Part shown: piece by piece, positions 56,838 through 64,000 of the stretch
Layout: every line of letters starts with the position of its first letter
Numbering within the stretch: position 1 is the stretch's first letter
NCBI GenBank assembly: GCA_963704725.1
Contig: OY969934.1
Coordinates: 1,216,001-1,280,000, forward strand
Length of the DNA stretch: 64,000 bases
Direction: 5' to 3'
From: an uncultured Actinomycetes bacterium
Lineage (GTDB): Bacteria; Actinomycetota; UBA4738; HRBIN12
Position numbers and translations under genes: made by a program
The notes under the pieces: model-generated
Database searches by the model: none
What the model was told of the DNA's origin: nothing
Seen by the model: only the letters and a program-made list of their open reading frames with translations

Positions 56838-58174
56838 GTCGTCCTCCCTTCCGCGGCTGCGGCGCCTTGCGGCGCAGGCTCCTCCGCGGGTTCGACCTTC
56901 AGCTTCAGCCCTTCCATCCCGACCACGCGGACGAGGTCCCCGCGCTTGAGGGCTCCGCGCACGGCCTCCGCGGTCCACTCCTCCGAGGCGACCTTGACGA
57001 CTCCGACGGGCCCGAGGTCCCGGATCACGACGCCGCCTGCCCCGACGAGTCGTTCGCTCCGAGACACCGAACCCCGATGCCGAAGCCGGATCGCCGAGCG
57101 CACCACCACGAGGAAGAAGAACGCCGCGAACGCCGCGACCGGCACGATCACGAGCGGGGAGACGCGCACACCGGGGACGGAGGTGTCGAACAGGTACCAC
57201 CCGCCGAGCACCAGGGTGACGACACCCCCCGCGGCGGGGACGCCCACCCCCGGGTGCTTCAGCTCGAGGACGAAGAACACGACCGAGGCGATCAGGAGCA
57301 CGACGCCGATCAGCTGGAACGGCAGCATCCCGAGGGCCACGAGCGAGGAGACCAGCATCAACGCACCTGCCGTCCCCAGCACGCCGCCGGGGGTGAAGAG
57401 CTCCAGCACGATGAAGGCCAGCCCCGCCCAGAAGAAGATGAACGCGAGGTTCGGATCGAGCAGCGCGTGAACGAACCGCACCGCCAGCCCCATCTGCTGT
57501 TCGACGATCGGGGTCCCGGCGAGGTCGAGCGTGACCTTCTGGCCTCCGGCGACCGTGACGACGTCGCCGGCGACGTCGTCGAGCAGGGTGGGGACGTCGG
57601 GCGCGACCAGGTCGATGACGTCGAGATCCAGGGCCTCCTGGGCCGACGCGCTCACGGAGTCGCGCACCGCGCTCACGGCCCACTCCGCGTTGCGCCCGCG
57701 CTCCTCGGCGATCGCCCGGATCGACGCGGCGGCGTCGTTGGTGGCCTTCTCGGACTCGATGGCCCCGGAGAGCCCGACGGGGTGGGCGGCACCGACGTTC
57801 GTGCCGGGGGCCATGGCGGCCACGTTGCAGCTCAGCAGGATGAACGTGCCGGCCGAGGCCGCCCGGGCGCCCTGGGGCGAGACGTAACCCAGGACCGGCA
57901 CCTTCGCGTTGAGGATGGCTTGCGTGATCTCGCGCATCGAGGAGCTCAGGCCGCCGGGGGTGTCGATCGTGATCAGGACCGCGCTCGCACCCTCGTCCTG
58001 GGCGCGGTCGATGCCACCGCGGACGTAATTGGCGACGAACGGGTCGACCACCCCGTCGATGCGAAGCTCCAGGATGGCTCCCCGGAGCTCCTGGGCCGAG
58101 GCGGGGACCGCGGCGAGCGCGCCGAAGCCGATCGACAGGCACCCGATGGCGAGCAGCCGGCGCACCGACCTCAC
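56834..58174 (-). CDS. nfeD: Long-form NfeD (ClpP-like protease + TM + OB domain)
   Basis: IDTPGG, AASAG, GTNVGAAHP, RGRN; TM block; C-terminal G.VKVASEEW.A OB fold. Confidence 0.92.
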   Translation of the reverse strand: MRSVRRLLAIGCLSIGFGALAAVPASAQELRGAILELRIDGVVDPFVANYVRGGIDRAQDEGASAVLITIDTPGGLSSSMREITQAILNAKVPVLGYVSPQGARAASAGTFILLSCNVAAMAPGTNVGAAHPVGLSGAIESEKATNDAAASIRAIAEERGRNAEWAVSAVRDSVSASAQEALDLDVIDLVAPDVPTLLDDVAGDVVTVAGGQKVTLDLAGTPIVEQQMGLAVRFVHALLDPNLAFIFFWAGLAFIVLELFTPGGVLGTAGALMLVSSLVALGMLPFQLIGVVLLIASVVFFVLELKHPGVGVPAAGGVVTLVLGGWYLFDTSVPGVRVSPLVIVPVAAFAAFFFLVVVRSAIRLRHRGSVSRSERLVGAGGVVIRDLGPVGVVKVASEEWTAEAVRGALKRGDLVRVVGMEGLKLKVEPAEEPAPQGAAAAEGRTT

Positions 58175-58305
58175 ACAGGCATCATCCCACCCCCGCTCCC
58201 GGGCCGTCGAAGGCTGGACGACGTGTCATCATTGGGAGGACATTCGCCAGGCCCGCCGCACAAACTCACCGCAGGCTCGACCCCGTATACCCGAGAGGAG
58301 ACCGA

Positions 58306-58878
58306 GTGGCCGGTCGGCCGGAGGGTCCGCTCCTCGCTCGCGAGGAGCAGGTGCTGGTGGAGGGACTCCTTGCCGGGAACGAGGACGCGGTTCGACAGCT
58401 CTACACGCGGTATGCGCGCCCGGTCTTCACGCTGGGCCTCCGGCTGCTGGGGAGCGCGGAGGCGGCCGAAGAGTTGACCCAGGACGTCTTCCTCTCGGCG
58501 TGGCGCAAGGCCGCGCGCTTCGATCCCTCCCGGGGTCGGTTGTCGACGTGGCTGATGACCATCGCCCACAACCTGGCGGTCGACCGGCTCCGGCGGGAAA
58601 CGGGGGTGACCAGGCCGCATCTCGTCCTCGTCGACGAGGTCCCGGAGGTCCCGATGCCCGACGAGGACGAGGCGGTGATCGAGCGCGACGCGGCGATCCG
58701 CGCCCTCGGCTCGCTCTCCGACGCGGAGAAGCGGCTCCTGGCGCGCGCCTACTTCGGCGGGCTCACCGCCCGCGAGATCGCCGAGAGCGACGGGATCCCG
58801 CTGGGAACCGTGAAGACGCGCCTGCGCACGGCGTTGATCAAGGTGCGGCGGGCCAACCTCGACAAGGAGCGCCCGTGA
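58306..58878 (+). CDS. ECF RNA polymerase sigma factor (SigK-like)
   Basis: AEELTQDVFLSAWRKAARFDPSRG, WLMTIAHN.AVD, AYFGGLT.REIA, PLGTVKTR. Confidence 0.9.
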   Translation: MAGRPEGPLLAREEQVLVEGLLAGNEDAVRQLYTRYARPVFTLGLRLLGSAEAAEELTQDVFLSAWRKAARFDPSRGRLSTWLMTIAHNLAVDRLRRETGVTRPHLVLVDEVPEVPMPDEDEAVIERDAAIRALGSLSDAEKRLLARAYFGGLTAREIAESDGIPLGTVKTRLRTALIKVRRANLDKERP

Positions 58879-59645
58879 ACTGCCTGGCGGTCCGGGACCT
58901 GCTGCCGGAGCTCGCGCTCGGGGTGCTGCCGGCACGGGAACGCGCGGACGTCGAGCGGCACCTCCGCTGGTGCGCCGGATGCCGCAAGGAGTCCTCGGAC
59001 TTCGGCAGGTCGGCGGCGACGCTGGCCTACGCGCTCGCGCCGGCGAGGACGCCCGCGGCGCTGGAGGACCGGGTGGTGGAGCGGGTGCGCAAGGCCGCCC
59101 GGCCGAAGGCGGCGCGGCGCCTGCGGACGACGGCCGCCGCCATCGTCGCGGCGACGATCGCGGCGGGAAGCCTGGGATGGGGCGCCGTGATGGCCGGGCG
59201 GGCCGATCGCTTGGAGGTTCGCGCCGCGCAGGCGCAGCGCGCCCAGGCCGCCGCGATCGCGACCTTCCAGCAGACCCTCAACCAGATCATCCCCGGTGAG
59301 CGGGTCTCCGCCGACGAGGCGCGCCTGGGGCAGCTGTCGCCGCCCGAGAACGGCGTCGGCGGCGGGTTCGTGCTCGCCCTCGTGTCGCCGACGACGATCG
59401 ACTTCACCATGGTCATCGTGAACGGCCTCGATCCCCAGGCCGCCGATCGCCTGCCCTACCGCGTGCAGCTGTTCAACGCCGCGGGCGACATGCTCCGCGG
59501 CGGCCGCATCGTGGAGCTGAACGCGGACGGGGGGGCGGAGGTGTTCCGCCAGTACGACCACGAGGAGCTCACCGGGTACACGACGGTCCGCATCGTGGAT
59601 GCGGAGGGCGCCGTCGTGCTCGCCGGCCGGGTGAGCCAGAGCTGA
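58875..59645 (+). CDS. Zinc-binding (ZAS, zf-HC2) membrane anti-sigma factor
   Basis: HLRWCAGC (HxxxCxxC), single TM; GTGA overlap with the sigma gene. Confidence 0.85.
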   Translation: MNCLAVRDLLPELALGVLPARERADVERHLRWCAGCRKESSDFGRSAATLAYALAPARTPAALEDRVVERVRKAARPKAARRLRTTAAAIVAATIAAGSLGWGAVMAGRADRLEVRAAQAQRAQAAAIATFQQTLNQIIPGERVSADEARLGQLSPPENGVGGGFVLALVSPTTIDFTMVIVNGLDPQAADRLPYRVQLFNAAGDMLRGGRIVELNADGGAEVFRQYDHEELTGYTTVRIVDAEGAVVLAGRVSQS

Positions 59646-59660
59646 GCCGTCGAGCCTCGG

Positions 59661-60665
59661 CTACCGGCGCTCCATGCTCTGCGTGAAGGTGCCCGTGAAG
59701 CCGATCGCGCCCCCGAGCCCGAGGTCCGCGAGGCCCGTGATCTCCATCGAGATGTCGAAGTCGCCCGTCGACTCGGTCTTCAGCAGCTCATTCGCGCCGA
59801 GGTCGACGAAGCTCGTCTGGCGGATCGTGCCCGTCCCCGAGTAGGCCATCGACGCCGCGGAGAGCATGTCGATCCCGGTGGCGCCGGAGGCCTCGAGCTC
59901 GTCGCCCATGGCCTTCAGCAGTTCCTCGAAGTCCAGCGTGAAGTCCATCGGCACGGTCATGTCGGTCGCGATCACCGCGGCATCCCGGCCGTTCACGGTG
60001 TCGTTGCGCTCATACGTGCTCGTGGCCGTGTACTCGATCGAGCCGTGACCGAACGGGAAGTCCTGGGAGAAATGCTTGTCCCACGTGTCGCCGGGCGCCA
60101 CCGCCGCGCCGTCGTCGGGAAGGATCGGCGTGAGCTGGCCCATGCCCGGGAAGCCGAACCCCTGGGTCTGCCCGGCCCCTCCGAGCGCCAGCCCACCGGC
60201 CGACAGGATCCGGCCGTCGGGAGCGATCACGAGCTCGACCGGCGGGGTCGCGCCCGCGGCGGAGGGCATCTCCACCCCGTCCATCGTCGCCGACATCTCA
60301 TCGACGGTCATCTCCACCGTCGCGACGCCGTCCGCGTCGACGGAGGTGACCTTCCACGTGACGACCTCGTCCATCCCCAGGTCCATCGGGATGTCACCCA
60401 TCAGGTCGGACGTGATCTGGCCCTGCATCGTCATGTGGATGGCGTACGACTCGGACCGACCCGGCGTGAACGACAGGGCCAGGGGCCGGGCGTCGGCCGA
60501 TCCTCCGCCCTGCGTGAGGACGAGGGCGCCGGCGCCGGCGACGAGCGCGAGAACGACGGCGACGCTGCCGACCACCAGGCGGGGCCGGCGGCGTGGAGCC
60601 GGGGCCGTGGGTTCGAGCGGGGGCGGCGGGGGGAGGTACGAGACCGGGGCCAGGGGGTCGCTCAC
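59661..60665 (-). CDS. Hypothetical membrane-anchored exported protein
   Basis: Pro-rich N-terminus, RRRPR + TM, beta-rich Met/Thr-rich ectodomain (VAPGDTW); GAGGAGG SD. Confidence 0.7.
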   Translation of the reverse strand: MSDPLAPVSYLPPPPPLEPTAPAPRRRPRLVVGSVAVVLALVAGAGALVLTQGGGSADARPLALSFTPGRSESYAIHMTMQGQITSDLMGDIPMDLGMDEVVTWKVTSVDADGVATVEMTVDEMSATMDGVEMPSAAGATPPVELVIAPDGRILSAGGLALGGAGQTQGFGFPGMGQLTPILPDDGAAVAPGDTWDKHFSQDFPFGHGSIEYTATSTYERNDTVNGRDAAVIATDMTVPMDFTLDFEELLKAMGDELEASGATGIDMLSAASMAYSGTGTIRQTSFVDLGANELLKTESTGDFDISMEITGLADLGLGGAIGFTGTFTQSMERR

Positions 60666-60724
60666 GATGATCCTCCTCGAGGGGTCGGCTCCATGCTCCC
60701 ACAGAGCATCGGCGGGGCGGCCGT

Positions 60725-61747
60725 TCAGGCTGAGAGAGCCTCGGCGAGGAAGGCCAGGCTTCTGGGGTATCGGTACCCGATCGACATGTGTCCGGCGTCG
60801 AAGAGCTCGAGCGTGTGCGCCACGCCCAGCCGGTCGAGCTCCCGGGAGAACGCGACGGCCCCGTCGTCGAGGTAGTACTCGTCCGTCGTGCCCGCGTCGA
60901 TCCAGATCGCCCGCATCGAGCGGAGGGCGTCGGCCCGCTCGGGAGCCATCCGGACCGGATCCCACGCCAGCCAGCGGCGCCACACGTCCTCGATCAGCCG
61001 CCCCGTCTCGACCTCGAACGGGAGCGTCACGGTGCCGTCGGGCTCCGACGAGTAGCACGCCGCCATGCACCAGGAGTTCAGGAGCACCCAGTCCTGCTTC
61101 TTGGAGCCGGCCGGGCGGGACCGGAAGTCCTCCCAGAACCGCGCGTAGGAGCCGCCGTACTCCTCGCGCAGCGTCCGGGCCACCTCGCGGAACTCCGGCA
61201 GGTAGCACGCCTCGAACAGCGCGTCCCCGGCGTGAGAGGCGAACGCCGAGAACACGTCCGGACGGAGCATCGGGGTGACGAAGGCCCCGTATCCACCGCT
61301 CGACTTCCCCTGGATGGCGCGATGGTCGCGGTCGGCGATCGTGCGGAACCGCTCGTCGACGAACGTGACCACCTCCTCGCACAGGAAGTCGTGGTATCGG
61401 CCCGTGCCGGGGGAGTTGAGGAACTGGCTGCCACCGAGCGAGGTCCAGCAGTCGACGAACACGACGATCGCCGGCGGCGCGCCGCCCGCGGCGAACAGCC
61501 GGTCGACCTCCTCGGGGAAGTTGCGCCGGAACGGCTCCCGGTTGGTCCACATGTCCAGCTGCCCCGTGAGCCCCTGGATGATGTAGACGCAGGGGAAGCG
61601 GCGTTCGGGCTCGTCGTCGTAGCCGGGCGGCGTGTAGACCCACAGCGGCCGGACGTGCGGGTCCCCCAGCGGGTTGCCCCGCAGGGCCTCGCTCACGATC
61701 TCGGATCGGTCCAGCGTCCCCTCGAACTCGCGACCCCACGGCTCCAC
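60725..61747 (-). CDS. Alpha/beta hydrolase, enterochelin esterase-like
   Basis: VYTPPGYD, GKSSGG, DAGTTDEY, GH. Confidence 0.88.
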   Translation of the reverse strand: MEPWGREFEGTLDRSEIVSEALRGNPLGDPHVRPLWVYTPPGYDDEPERRFPCVYIIQGLTGQLDMWTNREPFRRNFPEEVDRLFAAGGAPPAIVVFVDCWTSLGGSQFLNSPGTGRYHDFLCEEVVTFVDERFRTIADRDHRAIQGKSSGGYGAFVTPMLRPDVFSAFASHAGDALFEACYLPEFREVARTLREEYGGSYARFWEDFRSRPAGSKKQDWVLLNSWCMAACYSSEPDGTVTLPFEVETGRLIEDVWRRWLAWDPVRMAPERADALRSMRAIWIDAGTTDEYYLDDGAVAFSRELDRLGVAHTLELFDAGHMSIGYRYPRSLAFLAEALSA

Positions 61748-61807
61748 GCGATGCCTCCGATCGTCGGCCTGTCTGGCGAAACGGGAACCCGACTATCATG
61801 CAGGCGG

Positions 61808-63157
61808 ATGGCCGAAGTGAGCGATATCGTCGGCATCGGACTGGCCGGTGGACAGGGGATCCGCGCCCGGCCGCTGACGCTCAAGGCTCCCGGCTACCTG
61901 CGATCCAAGGCCGCGATGTCGTTCCTCGGCCGCCGCCTGATCCGCTGGGTGATCCAGATCCTCACGAGCCAGGGGATCAAGGACTACTACGTCATCGCCC
62001 ACGGCAAGGAGAACCGGTACCAGATCAAGGTCATGATCGGGTACGGCGAGGGCTTCGGCGTCGACGTGAAGTACTCGCCCGTGAAGTACGACGCCCTGTC
62101 GATGGGCAGCGCCGACTCCACGCTGCGCATGCTCGATTACTGGGACATCTCCGCGCCGGCGCTGGTCTTCCCCACGGACTCGATCATCGACTTCGACCTG
62201 GCGCCGATGCTCGAGGCGCACCGGGCCAGGGGCTCGGTGGCCACGATCGCCGCGATGACGCGAGAGCCGGACGAGGTGGCCGAGAAGTACGGCGTGATGC
62301 TCGCCGGCGACGACGGAAGGATCATCGAGTTCGTCGAGAAGCCCACGCTCGCGGAGCTCCGCGAGCACTTCCACGCGGAGAGCGACGAGGAGTTCCGGCG
62401 GCTCCCCCTCATGACGAACGCCGGTTTCTACCTCGTGGACGCCGAGCGGCTCCGGGAGCTCTCCTCGCACCACGAGATCCAGCGGCTCCGCGACCGGCGC
62501 CTGGACTTCGGCAAGGACCTGCTGCCCTGGCTCGTGGGCAACGGCGAGGCCGTGCACGCCTTCCCGGTCCGAAGGATCGGCGACCTCGGCAGCGTCGGGG
62601 ACTACATCGAGACCATGGTCGACGTGCTGCACGGGCGGTTCGAGTCGGTCGACCGGCTCCTGGGCCCGCCCTTCGACCCAGACCGCCACGTCTGGATCGC
62701 GCCGGAGTCCCTGGCGATGCGCGACTCCACGAGCGGGCGGTCGCTCGCGGAGAAGATCGCCGAGGGGCAGGTGGAGATCGGGCCCGCCGTGCGCATCGGC
62801 CGCTTCTGCGAGATCCACCCGGGCGTGCGGATCGCCGAGTCGAACCTCGACGACGACATCGAGGTGCATCGCGAGGCCGTGATCGAGCGATCGCAGATCC
62901 GCGACGGCGCGATCGTCGGCGCGGCGGCGCACATCTCGGACACGGTGATCGGTTCCATGTCGGAGGTCCGGTCCGAACCGTTCCATCCGACGACGGTCGA
63001 GCGGATGGTCGCCCTCGGCGACGAGGTCGTTGTGTACCCGGGCGTCCATCTGTCCGACAACATCGCCGTGTACCCGCGGCTGAAGCTCCCCACGGGGATC
63101 AGGATCCCCGCCGGCACCGACGTGACCGGCCCGGCCGACGTGCTGCGCTACCTGTAG
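61808..63157 (+). CDS. NDP-sugar pyrophosphorylase (mannose-1-P guanylyltransferase/GlgC-like) with LbH C-terminus
   Basis: LAGGQGIRARPLT..K, GSADS, FVEKP, NAGFY, DFGKDLLP, DLGS; hexapeptide-repeat tail. Confidence 0.85.
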   Translation: MAEVSDIVGIGLAGGQGIRARPLTLKAPGYLRSKAAMSFLGRRLIRWVIQILTSQGIKDYYVIAHGKENRYQIKVMIGYGEGFGVDVKYSPVKYDALSMGSADSTLRMLDYWDISAPALVFPTDSIIDFDLAPMLEAHRARGSVATIAAMTREPDEVAEKYGVMLAGDDGRIIEFVEKPTLAELREHFHAESDEEFRRLPLMTNAGFYLVDAERLRELSSHHEIQRLRDRRLDFGKDLLPWLVGNGEAVHAFPVRRIGDLGSVGDYIETMVDVLHGRFESVDRLLGPPFDPDRHVWIAPESLAMRDSTSGRSLAEKIAEGQVEIGPAVRIGRFCEIHPGVRIAESNLDDDIEVHREAVIERSQIRDGAIVGAAAHISDTVIGSMSEVRSEPFHPTTVERMVALGDEVVVYPGVHLSDNIAVYPRLKLPTGIRIPAGTDVTGPADVLRYL

Positions 63158-64000
63158 ATGCGCGTCGGCCTCGCCCTGCCCCACTACGACTTCTCGCTGC
63201 CCGGCGGGGGGCCGATCACCTTCGCCGCGCTCGCCGAGCAGGCGGTCCGCGCCGAGCGGCTGGGGTTCGACTCCGTGTGGGTCTCGGACCACTTCTTCGC
63301 GTCGCTCGACCGGTACGGGGGGGACGCGACCAGATACGGCTCGCCGGAGCCGCTGACGACGCTCGCGGCGCTCGCCCCGCTCACCGATCGGGTGCGCCTG
63401 GGGACGCTCGTCCTGTCGGCCGGCTTCCGGCATCCCGCGGTGGTGGCCAAGTCCGCGTCGGCCGTCGACCGGTTGTCGGGCGGCCGGCTCGAGCTCGGCC
63501 TCGGCGCGGGGTGGTTCGCCGACGAGTACGAGGCGTTCGGGTACGGCTTCGATCCCGTGGGGCGGCGGTTCGACCTGCTGGAGGAGACGCTGGCGTACCT
63601 CGGCGCGCTGTTCGATGGGGAGCCGGCCACGTTCTCGAGCTCGCGGTTCGCGCTGCAGGACGCGTACCTCCGGCCCCGGCCGGTCCAGGAGCCCCGCCCG
63701 CCGGTCCTGGTGGGCGGGAAGGGAGGGCCCCGCCTGCTCCGCCTCGCGGCGCGACTGGCCGACGGGTGGAACGCCGCCTGGCGGTGGACGCCGGCCACGT
63801 ACGGCGCGCGGGCGCGAGCCGCGACCCAGGCCTGCGAGCGGGTGGGTCGCGACCCGGGGACCTTCCGGCTGTCGCTCGGTCTGTTCACGGTGGTGGGGGA
63901 GGACGAGGCCGACGTGGCCCGGCGGTACGAGCGCATGGCCGGCCGCCTGCCCCCCGGCGTCGGCCGCGCGCTCGCGCTCGATACCCTCCGGGCCGAGTGC
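63158..64000 (+). CDS. LLM-class (probably F420-dependent) oxidoreductase, partial
   Basis: Not in the ORF track (runs off the window end). MRVGLALP...AERLGFDSVWVSDHF, RLGTLVL, RHPAVVAK, SGGRLELGLGAGW. Confidence 0.88.
   Translation, partial: MRVGLALPHYDFSLPGGGPITFAALAEQAVRAERLGFDSVWVSDHFFASLDRYGGDATRYGSPEPLTTLAALAPLTDRVRLGTLVLSAGFRHPAVVAKSASAVDRLSGGRLELGLGAGWFADEYEAFGYGFDPVGRRFDLLEETLAYLGALFDGEPATFSSSRFALQDAYLRPRPVQEPRPPVLVGGKGGPRLLRLAARLADGWNAAWRWTPATYGARARAATQACERVGRDPGTFRLSLGLFTVVGEDEADVARRYERMAGRLPPGVGRALALDTLRAEC

Overview
High-GC (visually ~70%+) chromosomal segment of a probable Actinomycetota genome, with about 67 densely packed CDS. I saw no rRNA, tRNA, CRISPR array or transposase. 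Main contents: (1) a cyanophycin locus, cphB-cphA-traR/dksA (joined by GTGA overlaps), converging on a second CphA-derived protein that keeps an N-like domain and a Mur-ligase domain but lacks the ATP-grasp domain; (2) a PucR-regulated GABA/polyamine-type catabolic cluster (gabT, three ALDHs, a frameshifted saccharopine-dehydrogenase-family gene) with three TG(T/G)AC-N5-GT(A/C)CA boxes; (3) an LLM oxidoreductase, ferredoxin and stand-alone FrhB/FpoF-like protein; (4) cbs-DUF429-cystathionine gamma-lyase/synthase; (5) a convergent REC-GGDEF / REC-EAL pair; (6) a dispersed hutU/hutH/hutI set interrupted by a 5'-truncated Fic gene; (7) a TPP riboswitch whose SD serves a 22-aa uORF coupled to a CytX-like permease; (8) a 58-aa CxxCxGxG zinc-finger/hydrophobic microprotein missing from the ORF track; (9) an atypical Lgt, mrp and an orphan pilT behind a sigma28-like promoter; (10) two ECF sigma/anti-sigma pairs, one sharing an identical GGAACC-N14-GGTGTA promoter with a cupredoxin gene, plus nfeD-SPFH. 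Many genes look leaderless. All family calls come from motif recognition by eye; no searches were run.
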